This document shows, piece after piece, positions 31,178 through 40,732 of a stretch of 64,000 nt of DNA. A program made the translations under genes and the position numbers. The first letter of the stretch is position 1. Every line of letters starts with the position of its first letter. The notes under the pieces are model-generated. The model searched no databases, was not told where the DNA came from, and saw only the letters and a program-made list of their open reading frames with translations. The DNA is from Limisphaerales bacterium (GTDB lineage: Bacteria; Verrucomicrobiota; Verrucomicrobiia; Limisphaerales; JADJPG01). Location: assembly GCA_044229355.1 (NCBI GenBank), contig JBGATF010000010.1:202321-266320 (forward strand). The letters are read 5' to 3'.

Positions 31178-34100
31178 TCAGGCCGGGGGTGGTTGCGGCG
31201 GCTTGCGTTTGGGCGGCAGCGGGGGTGGGGCGGGATCGTTGGCGGGGTTAGGAGGGGGAGCCGAGCTGTCCTCCTTTTGCTGCAGCACCTCATGAAATTT
31301 TTCGAGGAACGCACGTTCATTGGTGAGCATTTCCTGGGTCAATTCGATCTCGACGGTGCCTTGCTTGGCGCGGGCGGCGAGGAGTTCCTGGGAGGAACGG
31401 AGGTGATCGCGTTGCTGGGCGGCGAGGTCTTTGAGCGTCGCGAGCGTGCTGTGAATCATCTCGAGCTCGTGGGAGAGGCTCTCGACTTTTTCGGCCATGG
31501 CACCGGAGTGGACGGCGGTGATGGCGCGGCTGAGATCCTCGCGCAGGGCCTTGAGGCCTTCGGCCAGTTGGGTGCCGACGCCGTTGCCATCGGGCCGCGC
31601 CGCCGGCGTCGAAGTCGTGGGGGGCGTGGGGGAGGGGACGGCGACCGGAGCCAGGCGTTGTTCGACGGTCTGGCGCAGAGACTCGAGCGTTTGACTGAGT
31701 GGGCTGAGATCGAGGGTCGGCGGCGCGGCTGGTTGGGCGAGGCGACGTTCGAGGGCACTGCCAATGGAAGTGAGGCCTCCACGGAAATCGGAGAGCTGAG
31801 CCACGATGCGGCCGACCGGATCGGAACTGTCCCCGCCGCGCGCGAGCAGGTTTCGGCGAAACGTGGCTTTGATTTCGTCCCACCGGGTTTGTTCAGCGGA
31901 GGAGAGCACGCCGGTGAGCTCTTTGAATTTCAAGAGATTGGCCTCGGCGCCGGTGGTGAGGTTCTGGGATTCGCCGCGATAATGATCGGCGAGGAGGGCG
32001 CGGACCTCCTCGTCGTTCATGGCCGAGACCACCTTTTCCGCGAGCCGGTTCATATTCCGGTAGGAGCCCTGCAGGCGGAAGGGAGGCTCGGTGCGGAACT
32101 CGTCGGCCTGGGCGGCAGAGTGGATATACTCCTGGTTGACGCGAAGGACGACCTCCCGGATGGCGACCAGCTTTTTCAGGACGCCGACGATCTCGTCGAC
32201 GTCCTGCTGGGAGTAGCTGCCTTCGAAGCCGGCCTCGGAGCGCTCGCCGGTGGACGCGAGGCGGATGAAGGCGCGGATGTCGGCCTGGCTCTTGTTGGCG
32301 AGTGGCGCAAGGACGGGATTGGAGGTGACCGCGTTTTCGAGGTAGCTGGCTTTGAACCACTCAGCGCTGCCGCCGATGATGTCGCCGAGGTTGTAGGTGT
32401 CGGCCCGGTTGGCGAGCATGTCGGGCAGCTTGAATTTCTGGCCGGTCTCGGTGTAGGGGTTGCCGGCCATGACGACGACGACCTTGCGTCCGCGCAGGTC
32501 GTAGGTGCGGGGGCGTCCACGCCAGACGCCTTCGATTTTTCTCTGTCCGTCGCAGAGCGAGATGAATTTCTGGAGGAACTCGGGGTTGGTGTGCTGGATG
32601 TCGTCGACGCAGATCATGACGTTGTCGCCCATCTCGAGCGACAGGTTGAGCTTCTCGATCTCTTCCCGGGCGGCGGCGTTGGGCGCTTCGGCCGGGTCGA
32701 GCGACGTGACGGCGTGCCCGAGGGCGGGGCCGTTGATCTTGACGAAGATGATGCCGAGCCGGCTCGCGATGTACTCCATCAGCGTGGTTTTGCCATAGCC
32801 GGGCGGGGAGATGAGGAGGAGCAGGCCCATCAAGTCGGTGCGTTTCGCGTCGCCGGCGGCGCCGATCTGCTTGGCGAGATTGTCGCCGATGAGCGGCAGG
32901 TAGACCTCGTCGATGAGCTGGTTGCGCACGAAGGACGTGAGGACGCGGGGCTTGAGTTCGTCCAGACGCAGCGGGGCGCGCTCGCGGTCGATGAGCTGCT
33001 GCTTGAGGCGGTGATATTGCTGAAAGCGCGGGACGACGTCGCGCTCGAAGCGCCGGAGCTTGTCGGTAAACGTGAGGTAGTGAAACGAATAGGTGCTGCC
33101 CTGGACGACGGCGTGGGCGCCCCGCATGCCCTCGAGCATGCGGGTGGCGGTGGCGGCAACCGGGGATCGCTGCAGTGCGTCGCCGCAATACAGGATGGCG
33201 GCGACCTCCTCGCGGTGGTTGGCGGCTTCGGGGCGGTCGAGGAGAAATCCGCGGACCCAGTCGCGGACGAGTTCGAGCTCACTGGCGGGGTGCTGGGCGA
33301 GCGTTTGGCGGGCTTGGGCAAACCCGGCGTCGCTGCCCTTGCCGGCGAGGTGGCGGGCGAACGCCGCGGCCAGTTGGTCGGCCTCCTGGCTGACGACGAA
33401 GCGGTCGTCGCCGACAAGTTCGTGGAAAAGATATTCGCCGGCGTCGGCGGCGATCGCGACGGGAAAAAGCGCGGTTTGTTCGATGAACGCGATGACGAGC
33501 GCCTGCAGTCCGCGGATGTAATCCAACTGGGCTGGGTCCCCGGGGAAGATGCGATTGCGTGCGGCGAAGCCTTTGAGCTTGGCGTCCCAGAGGGCGCGGG
33601 TCTCCGCCGGGCAGAACCGGTGCCAATAGACGAGGGCGCAGGCGCGGGCATCGGGATGGTAGCGGGCGAGCTGCAGCGCGACGTGAATCTCGGCGAGGGC
33701 GCGGAAGATCCTGGCGCCGTCGAGATCGTGAACGCCTTTGGTATAGCCTTCCTGGTAACGGCCGTTGATGAACTCGAGAAGGATGGCGTGGAGTTCGTCA
33801 TCGCTCAGTTTAACCGCGCCCGTCAGGTCGATCTTCCCGGCGCCCGAATCCGGGGGTGACTGCGGGATTGCGCGGGCCGGCGTCGTGGCTGTTCCGCCGG
33901 TTCCGGCGGGGGGGGCTGACGGGATCGACAAGGCTCCGTCGAGGGCCGCCTTGAGAAGTTGCCAGGCCAAATATTCGGCCCGGTAGACGGTGGCGTTTTC
34001 CGAGATGACTTCCTGGTCCCAGACGTCGCGGGTGGCGGCGAAGGCGTCGTCGTTGACGGGCTGGAAGAACCGGGTGCTGGTGAGGTGCAGGTGCGGGACG

Positions 34101-36823
34101 CCGTCGCGGTTGACGAGGGTGAGGTCGAGCGGCTGGGTGTTGATGTTGAACCGGTGGCGGCCGAGGCGGATGACGGGGGTTCCGCCGACGAAGAGCTCCC
34201 GGCGATCCTTGAGCTGGCGGATGGCATCCTGCTGGGCGCTTTTCAAGCGGCCCTGGAGGTCGTCGGCCTTGACCGAATCCTCGAGCGCGAGGAGCTGGGC
34301 GATGATCTCGCGCACCTTGGTGATCATCTGATCCGACGCCATGTAGGCGTGGATTTCCTCGAGCGATTTGAACCCGGCCAGCCGGTTCTGGACGACCTTG
34401 AGAATGCGTTCGGCGGCGGTCAGGAGCGCGGCGGCGCGGCGGTGGCGCTGTTCCACGAGGGCGACCTTGCGCTGTTCAAACGCCTCGTAGAGGGACGAAC
34501 GTTTCTCGGCCAGCTCGACGGTGTATTCTTCGAAATCAGCGAAGGCGCCCTCGAGTTCCTCGAGCTGGACGGAGAGGCGATTGAGGTAATCGTCGCACTT
34601 GCCCGGGGTGTCGCACAGGTCGACGTAGCTGGCGGCCGACTGGCTGAGCAGCTTCATCTGCGCGCCAAACTGGGCGGCGCCCTCGGCGGCGACGAGGGAC
34701 TGGAGGCGCTTTTTCAGCGCGGCCTTGACCTGGTTCAGGGTGGAATAAATCGCTGTGATGCTGTCGATGATCCGCGTGGTCTCGGTGGCGTCGTCGATGC
34801 GCAGGCTGTTGACGATTTCAATCAGCATCTCCAGCTCGCTGCCGGCCGCGGCGGTGGCCTTCTCAATCTGGCGGCCTTCGGCGGCCTTGGTGATTTTCTC
34901 GACGGCGGCGAGCTGGGCGTCGGCCTGTTGCCGATAGGGGTCGAGGGCGGCGGGTTTGAGCAGGAACTGGACGCAGGCCCGGGCCAACTCGTCGGTGCGC
35001 TCGATGACAGCCTGCTCGGACTGCGAGATTTGGGTCAGGTCGACGTAGCGGACCTCCTTGAGCGCGATCAGCTCGCCGCGGAGCTGACGCAAGGCGGTGA
35101 GATTTTGGACGAACTCCTCGAGGCGGTTGAGGCTGGAGCGGCGGACGAGTTGAAAGCGCTCGTCGCAGCGTTGGCGGGCGTCCTTGACCCGCTGCGCAGC
35201 CTCGCGTTGGAGGCGGCGAACCTTGTCGAATTCGTCGACGGCCTGATCGGCGGCGTCGCGCACGGCGCGGACGGCGGCGTCGATCTGGTGGCACTCGGCG
35301 TGAGCGAGCCAGGGGTAGGAGTCGAGCAGGGCGTTGCTGCGTTTGACGAGGTCGACGTAGAGCTCGGCGTAGGGATGTTCCTTGCGCGCGAGGGTGAGGA
35401 TCTCCTGACATTCGGCCAGGGCGCGAACAACGTCCTTGTTGCCGACCTGGTACAGAAACGCGTCCTTTTGGCCCGGAGGCTCGTGGCCGGGCAGGTGGAA
35501 GGGCGTCTGGCGGAGCTGCACCATGTGGTGCTTCTGCGGCTCCGCGTCGGCGCGAAAGAGCAGAAGGTTGCCATCGGCGAAGAGGGAGAAGCCATGGCAG
35601 GTGATGCGTTCCTCGACGCGCTGGGCGATGAGGCGATAGGGCATCAGCACATATTCGCCCGTGTCGTGGGCGTAAAAGACGTAGAGGGTGTCCTCGCCAT
35701 TGGGGGCGGAGACCACCCGCTCCAGGGTCAGGCCGGTTTCGCGGCCGTCAAATTGTTTGAGCTCGCCGGTCCCGAGGTAATAGCCGTCGGGGAAGATGAG
35801 GCCGTGCTCCTCGGGCAGGCGGCAGCATGATTGGCCGATGGAGTCGACGCGGACGACGGACTGCTGCTTTTCGTTGAAGATGAAATAGCGGGCGGCGCGT
35901 TCCTTGTACGGCCGGATTTTCAGGAGGATCAGGTGATCGAGAATGGCGTAGGCGATCTCCGCGTCGTCGACCTTTTGAAACTTGTCATCGACCGGCTCGG
36001 CGTGAATGCCCTCGCCGGTCGCGGTGTTGTCTTCGACCTTGATCGTCAGGTCGCCGCCGACGCATTCGACAAAGACGCGATCCTCGATCGAGATGTGGGG
36101 ATGATCGCCGTAGCGGAAGGACTCGCGATCGGGCGTGATCCAACGAAAATCGTGGGGCGGCGGGAAGGCGGACTTGCGGAATTCGGTTTCGCTGCGGCCG
36201 TCGAGGTAGCGAAGCTGGCCGCCATTGAATTCCCATTTGAAGACGGCGAGGTCGTTCAGGGCCGGGCCGATGGAGAACACCATGTACAACCGGCCGGCGA
36301 GGAGCGAGAACTTGGCGAAGGCGGCCTTCTCATAGACGTTGTAGAGCCGCTTGAAGTCGGCGATGAAGTTCTTGTCCTGGAGAATCTCGACGCCGACGTC
36401 CCGAAACGTGCCGGCGGCCATGTCTCGCTCATAAACGGCGAAGACGTCGGGCAAATCGATCTCCTTTTTCAGGCCGAAACGGACGTTGAAGCCGAAGAGA
36501 AACCGTCCGCGGCCGAGCTGGACCATGTCGCGGGGGATGCAGTTGTGAGCCGTGACGACGCGATCCGCCTGCAGAAGTTTGTATTCGATGGCGCCGAACA
36601 CTTCCTGGCGTCGGGCATCGAGGCGGGCCATGCGTTCGCGCAGCAGGTCGCCCTGGGTCTGCAGCCGCTGGCGGATGAGTTCGTAGGTGGCGCTGCCGAG
36701 GGCGGCGGAGGCATCCGGCGCGGGTCCGGAGCTGGCGGCGCTGGAGGCGGGCGCGGTCGCAGTTGCGTCCGCGGCCGCGGCTGCGGGCGGCATCGGCGTG
36801 GACGTGTCGCCGGGCTCAGCCAT
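31178..36823 (-). CDS. giant (1881 aa) protein with a single MoxR/AAA_5-like AAA+ ATPase module near the C-terminal third, extensive coiled-coil, Pro-rich termini
   Basis: Walker A LLLISPPGYGKTTLMEYIA, Walker B VMICVDDIQ, then ...RKVVVVMAGNPYTETGQKFKLPDMLANRADTYNL (AAA_5-type sensor-1 hhhATxNP and arginine). The N-terminal ~480 aa are beta-rich, the central ~700 aa helical/coiled-coil, and both termini are Pro/Ala-rich. 52 bp downstream of the flotillin gene. Confidence 0.6.
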   Translation of the reverse strand: MAEPGDTSTPMPPAAAAADATATAPASSAASSGPAPDASAALGSATYELIRQRLQTQGDLLRERMARLDARRQEVFGAIEYKLLQADRVVTAHNCIPRDMVQLGRGRFLFGFNVRFGLKKEIDLPDVFAVYERDMAAGTFRDVGVEILQDKNFIADFKRLYNVYEKAAFAKFSLLAGRLYMVFSIGPALNDLAVFKWEFNGGQLRYLDGRSETEFRKSAFPPPHDFRWITPDRESFRYGDHPHISIEDRVFVECVGGDLTIKVEDNTATGEGIHAEPVDDKFQKVDDAEIAYAILDHLILLKIRPYKERAARYFIFNEKQQSVVRVDSIGQSCCRLPEEHGLIFPDGYYLGTGELKQFDGRETGLTLERVVSAPNGEDTLYVFYAHDTGEYVLMPYRLIAQRVEERITCHGFSLFADGNLLLFRADAEPQKHHMVQLRQTPFHLPGHEPPGQKDAFLYQVGNKDVVRALAECQEILTLARKEHPYAELYVDLVKRSNALLDSYPWLAHAECHQIDAAVRAVRDAADQAVDEFDKVRRLQREAAQRVKDARQRCDERFQLVRRSSLNRLEEFVQNLTALRQLRGELIALKEVRYVDLTQISQSEQAVIERTDELARACVQFLLKPAALDPYRQQADAQLAAVEKITKAAEGRQIEKATAAAGSELEMLIEIVNSLRIDDATETTRIIDSITAIYSTLNQVKAALKKRLQSLVAAEGAAQFGAQMKLLSQSAASYVDLCDTPGKCDDYLNRLSVQLEELEGAFADFEEYTVELAEKRSSLYEAFEQRKVALVEQRHRRAAALLTAAERILKVVQNRLAGFKSLEEIHAYMASDQMITKVREIIAQLLALEDSVKADDLQGRLKSAQQDAIRQLKDRRELFVGGTPVIRLGRHRFNINTQPLDLTLVNRDGVPHLHLTSTRFFQPVNDDAFAATRDVWDQEVISENATVYRAEYLAWQLLKAALDGALSIPSAPPAGTGGTATTPARAIPQSPPDSGAGKIDLTGAVKLSDDELHAILLEFINGRYQEGYTKGVHDLDGARIFRALAEIHVALQLARYHPDARACALVYWHRFCPAETRALWDAKLKGFAARNRIFPGDPAQLDYIRGLQALVIAFIEQTALFPVAIAADAGEYLFHELVGDDRFVVSQEADQLAAAFARHLAGKGSDAGFAQARQTLAQHPASELELVRDWVRGFLLDRPEAANHREEVAAILYCGDALQRSPVAATATRMLEGMRGAHAVVQGSTYSFHYLTFTDKLRRFERDVVPRFQQYHRLKQQLIDRERAPLRLDELKPRVLTSFVRNQLIDEVYLPLIGDNLAKQIGAAGDAKRTDLMGLLLLISPPGYGKTTLMEYIASRLGIIFVKINGPALGHAVTSLDPAEAPNAAAREEIEKLNLSLEMGDNVMICVDDIQHTNPEFLQKFISLCDGQRKIEGVWRGRPRTYDLRGRKVVVVMAGNPYTETGQKFKLPDMLANRADTYNLGDIIGGSAEWFKASYLENAVTSNPVLAPLANKSQADIRAFIRLASTGERSEAGFEGSYSQQDVDEIVGVLKKLVAIREVVLRVNQEYIHSAAQADEFRTEPPFRLQGSYRNMNRLAEKVVSAMNDEEVRALLADHYRGESQNLTTGAEANLLKFKELTGVLSSAEQTRWDEIKATFRRNLLARGGDSSDPVGRIVAQLSDFRGGLTSIGSALERRLAQPAAPPTLDLSPLSQTLESLRQTVEQRLAPVAVPSPTPPTTSTPAARPDGNGVGTQLAEGLKALREDLSRAITAVHSGAMAEKVESLSHELEMIHSTLATLKDLAAQQRDHLRSSQELLAARAKQGTVEIELTQEMLTNERAFLEKFHEVLQQKEDSSAPPPNPANDPAPPPLPPKRKPPQPPPA

Positions 36824-36874
36824 GATGATGATGGCGGCGGTGGCGGCTGGGGCGGTGGGGTTGGCCGCCGGTCG

Positions 36875-39049
36875 TCATGCTTTGGTTTCGAGGTTCTCGG
36901 TGAGCGCCTCGGCGGCGGCGACGTTGGCGAGGCCGGTCGCCTTGGCGGTGTCGAGCGCCGCGCGGATCAGCCCTCGCACGGAGGAGTCCTTGGTCGTGGT
37001 CAGCAATCGGCCGAGGAGGGCCGCCACGGTCAGGTTTTTGACATCGGCCGAGGAGATCCCGAAATCGGCGATCCACTGTTTGAGCTGGGACCTGAAGTAA
37101 TCGCCATCGCCGTTGAAGAAGGTGTTCTTCACGTCGGTCAGCGTGCGGCTGTTGAGGACCATGCGATCGACGGATTTGCCGGTGCTGACGGCGCGGACGA
37201 CTTTTTCGAAGAAGTCGTTTTCGCCGCCGACGATGTCGATATTGGCGTGTCGGAGGGCCTCGCCCACGAGCTGGGAATTGGCCTGGGCGATGTCTTTTTG
37301 CACATGGATGGCGGCGAGATCGACGTCGCGTTCCTTGGCGAGGCGGAGTTTGAACTCCTCGTGTTCGCGGCCGGCCTCGTGGAGCAGCTTCATGGCCTCG
37401 GCTTTTTGCTGGATGGCCTTCGCCTCGGCCGAGCCGCGGGCTTCGATGCCGGTGGCGACGGCCAATTCCCGTTCCTTGGTTCCCTCGGCCTCGGCCTCCG
37501 CCTGCGTTTGGGTGTTATCGGCGTGGACCTTGCCCTTGGCCTTGATCACTTCGGCTTCGGCGAGGCCGACATCCCGGATGGCGAGGGCTTCAGTTTGTTT
37601 CGCCGTGGCCTTGGCCGCGATGATCTTGGCCTCCGCCAGCCCGTGGGCGGCCTCGCGGGCGGCGATGGCTTCGGCTTCCTGGAGGGCGGCGTGCCGGCGT
37701 TTCTCCGAGGCCTTGGCCTCGGCGTCAGCGATCGTCTGGAGGCGCTCGGCTTCGCGCTGGGCGGCTTCGCGGGCCGCTTCGGCCGAGGTGACGAGTTTGA
37801 TCTTGTCGGCCTCCGCGAGGTTGCGCTCGGCTTCCTTTTGGGCCTCCGAGGCGACGACCTTTTCGACCTGATCCTTTTTGGCGTTCATCTCGGCCTCGAT
37901 CAGGGTGACCTCGCGCACGCGCTCGGCGGTCATGCGCGCCTCGATGTTCAACTTTTCCTCCTCCTGCTGGACGACGGCCTTTTGTTCGGCCACGACGACG
38001 GCGCGCTTCCGTTCCACCTCGACGCCGGCCTCGGCGACCTTGACGTCCTTGTCCATCTCGGCGAGGCGGACGGTGCGTTCGCGGCGCACGCGGGCCTCTT
38101 CGCCCTCCTGGACGGCCTCCTGCTCGAGGCGTTGCTTTTCCTTTTTCACGGTGAACTCGCGCTCCTGGACGGCACGGTTCATGTCCTCGGTGCGGAGGCG
38201 GATGGATTCGTCGGCTTCGAGGCGCTTGCCTTCGACCTCTTGGCGGCGGGCTTCGATCACCTTGCGCGACTCGGCCTCCTCGTTGGCCTTCACCTCAGTG
38301 ATGGCGCGGGTTTGTTTGGCGGTGTCCTCCTCATTGCGCCGGCGCTGTTCACGTTTGGCGATCTCGGCATCGGCGTTCTCCTTTTCCACCTGGACCTGGG
38401 CGCGCTGGGTGAATTCGTTGGCGATGACGCGTTCGCGCTGGGTGATTTCGGTGATCTTCTTGATGCCCTCGGCGTCGAGCACGTTGCTGGGGTCGTGCTG
38501 GTCAAGCGGGGTCTGCTCGATGTAGTCGATGGCGACGTCCTGCAGGAAAAAGCCGTCGAGGTCCTTCCCGATGGTGTTTTGGATCTGGTCGCGAAACTTG
38601 ATGCGCTCGGTGAAGAGCTCGTGAAACTCCATTTGTTTGCCAGCGGTTTTCAGGGCCTCCGAAAATTTTGCCTCGAAGAGCTCGCGCAGTTGGGTGATGT
38701 CCGAAACGCGCTCGGGCGTGAGCATTTGGGCGACCTTGCGGACGCTTTCCACGGTGGATTCCACGCGAATGTAGAAGGCCACGATGATGTCCGCGCGGAT
38801 GTTGTCCTTGCAGACGAGGCCGTCCTTGCCTTTGCGGGAGATCTCGAGCTTTTTCACCGAGATGTCGACGATGTGATAGGTCTGAATGGCGGGGATGCGG
38901 AGCATCCAATCGAAGGAGATGTTGACTCCGCCGAAGCCGGTGCGGAGCCCCGCGCGTCCGGGCTGGATCTTTCGAACGCAGACAAAAAAAGCGGCCAGCA
39001 GACCGGCGAGGACGAGAAAACCAACAACCGCGAGGATGAATGGAGTCAT
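36875..39049 (-). CDS. flotillin-like SPFH/band-7 protein with an exceptionally long E/A/K/R-rich coiled-coil
   Basis: 724 aa. N-terminal TM (ILAVVGFLVLAGLLAAFFV), SPFH domain (...IPAIQTYHIVDISVKKLEI...DIIVAFYIRV...), ~350 aa of flotillin-type EA repeats (AEAEVIKAKG, AEAKIIAAKATAKQTEALAIR ...) and a flotillin C-terminal region. Confidence 0.8.
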   Translation of the reverse strand: MTPFILAVVGFLVLAGLLAAFFVCVRKIQPGRAGLRTGFGGVNISFDWMLRIPAIQTYHIVDISVKKLEISRKGKDGLVCKDNIRADIIVAFYIRVESTVESVRKVAQMLTPERVSDITQLRELFEAKFSEALKTAGKQMEFHELFTERIKFRDQIQNTIGKDLDGFFLQDVAIDYIEQTPLDQHDPSNVLDAEGIKKITEITQRERVIANEFTQRAQVQVEKENADAEIAKREQRRRNEEDTAKQTRAITEVKANEEAESRKVIEARRQEVEGKRLEADESIRLRTEDMNRAVQEREFTVKKEKQRLEQEAVQEGEEARVRRERTVRLAEMDKDVKVAEAGVEVERKRAVVVAEQKAVVQQEEEKLNIEARMTAERVREVTLIEAEMNAKKDQVEKVVASEAQKEAERNLAEADKIKLVTSAEAAREAAQREAERLQTIADAEAKASEKRRHAALQEAEAIAAREAAHGLAEAKIIAAKATAKQTEALAIRDVGLAEAEVIKAKGKVHADNTQTQAEAEAEGTKERELAVATGIEARGSAEAKAIQQKAEAMKLLHEAGREHEEFKLRLAKERDVDLAAIHVQKDIAQANSQLVGEALRHANIDIVGGENDFFEKVVRAVSTGKSVDRMVLNSRTLTDVKNTFFNGDGDYFRSQLKQWIADFGISSADVKNLTVAALLGRLLTTTKDSSVRGLIRAALDTAKATGLANVAAAEALTENLETKA

Positions 39050-39262
39050 TTCAGTGGGGTGGGTTCAGCGGTCGGCGTGAGGTGATGGGAGACGGTCCAC
39101 GGGAAACAGCAGCCCGAATTGGTCGGCGGATTCTGGACGGCGTTTCGGACGCACGCCCGTGAGTAGCAAAATCGCCGCAGGCGATCCAATAGAATTTCCC
39201 GGGGACTTTTGAATCGATTTCAATATTCGGGCGCGCAGGGACGTCCAGACTCCACCAACAAC

Positions 39263-40714
39263 ATGAAAACCACCAATCGCCGGACATTTCTCAAGAGCGC
39301 TGCCGTCTCCGCCACCGCGGTGAGCTGGAGCGCCCGATCGTGGGCGCAGGTCGCGGGCGCCAATTCGGACGTGCGCTACGCGGTGATCGGCTTCAACGGC
39401 CGCGGGCGGGACCACTTGGGCGGATTGAGCAAGGTGAAGGGATGCCGGCTGACGGGACTGTGCGATGTGGACAGTGCGGTGCTGGACAAGGAGCGCCAGG
39501 CCTGGGCGGAGAAGGGGTTGGTGACGGAGGCGGTGACGGACCTGCGAAAGCTCCTGGAGAGCAAAAATGTCGATGCGGTTTCCATCGCCACGCCAAACCA
39601 CTGGCATTCGCTCGCGGCGATCTGGGCGATTCAGGCGGGCAAGGATGTGTATGTGGAGAAGCCGGTTTCGCACAACGTATTTGAGGGGCGCAAGCTCGTT
39701 GAGGCGGCGCGCAAATATCAGAAAATTGTCCAGACAGGAACGCAAAGCCGGAGCAGCCAAGGAATCCGCGAGGCCGTGGCCTGGGTGCGCGCCGGCAACC
39801 TCGGCCGGATTCTCGTCGCGCGAGGCCTTTGCTACAAGCCGCGCCCGAGCATCGGGAAGGTCATGGAGCCGCAGCCGCCGCCCGCGACGGTGAATTACGA
39901 TTTGTGGTGCGGTCCGGCCCCCATGGACCCGATCCGCCGCCAGAAGTTCCATTATGACTGGCACTGGATCTGGAACTACGGCAACGGAGACTTGGGCAAT
40001 CAGGGCATCCACCAGATGGACATCGCGCGCTGGTTCCTGGGCGAGATGGAGCTATCGCCGCGTGTTCTCAGCGTCGGCGGACGCCTCGGTTACGACGATG
40101 ACGGCGAAACCGCCAACACCCAGCTGGTGTTCCACGATTACGAAAAGGCGCCGCTGGTTTTCGAGGTTCGTGGCCTGCCTGACCGAAAGGAGGCCAAGGC
40201 CATGAGCACGTATCCCGCCGGCACGGGCGGCAGCGTGGCCGTCGTGGTCCACTGCGAAGGCGGGTACGTGGTCGTGCCCAATTACTCCAGCGCCACGGCC
40301 TACGATCGGGATGGATCCCAAATCAAGAAGTGGTCGGGCTCCTCGGATCACTATCAGAATTTCATCAACGCGGTTCGCAGTCGCAAGCACACCGACCTGA
40401 ATGCGGACATCCTCGAAGGCCATTTGAGCAGCGGACTTTGCCACACCGGGAATGTATCCTATCGACTGGGCCAGCCGGATTCGCTGCCAGCCATGCGGGG
40501 GCGCCTCCAGCGGGACATCGTCAAGAGCGAGGCCTTCGAGCGCATGGTGGATCATCTGCGGGCGAACGAGGTGGACCTGGATCTGACCAAGGCCACCCTG
40601 GGGGTTCCGCTGGCGATGGACGCGAAGGCTGAGAAGTTTGTCGGCAATGATGCGGCCAACCTCCTGCTGACCCGCGAGTATCGCAAGCCGTACGTGGTGC
40701 CGGACGTCGTGTAG
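39263..40714 (+). CDS. Gfo/Idh/MocA-family oxidoreductase with twin-arginine signal
   Basis: Start MKTTNRRTFLKSAAVSATAVSWSARSWAQ (TAT motif RRTFLK). Rossmann VIGFNGRGRDHLGG, family motif EKPVSHNVFEGRKLVEAARKY. Confidence 0.8.
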   Translation: MKTTNRRTFLKSAAVSATAVSWSARSWAQVAGANSDVRYAVIGFNGRGRDHLGGLSKVKGCRLTGLCDVDSAVLDKERQAWAEKGLVTEAVTDLRKLLESKNVDAVSIATPNHWHSLAAIWAIQAGKDVYVEKPVSHNVFEGRKLVEAARKYQKIVQTGTQSRSSQGIREAVAWVRAGNLGRILVARGLCYKPRPSIGKVMEPQPPPATVNYDLWCGPAPMDPIRRQKFHYDWHWIWNYGNGDLGNQGIHQMDIARWFLGEMELSPRVLSVGGRLGYDDDGETANTQLVFHDYEKAPLVFEVRGLPDRKEAKAMSTYPAGTGGSVAVVVHCEGGYVVVPNYSSATAYDRDGSQIKKWSGSSDHYQNFINAVRSRKHTDLNADILEGHLSSGLCHTGNVSYRLGQPDSLPAMRGRLQRDIVKSEAFERMVDHLRANEVDLDLTKATLGVPLAMDAKAEKFVGNDAANLLLTREYRKPYVVPDVV

Positions 40715-40732
40715 CTTGCCGGGAATGGATTC

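Noticed and set aside
31193-39085. Long + strand ORFs (31193..33859, 33959..35830, 35831..39085) opposite the giant ATPase and flotillin genes
   Set aside because: They are antisense shadows. The minus-strand products carry Walker A/B, AAA_5 sensor and SPFH/flotillin motifs, and the + frames have none.
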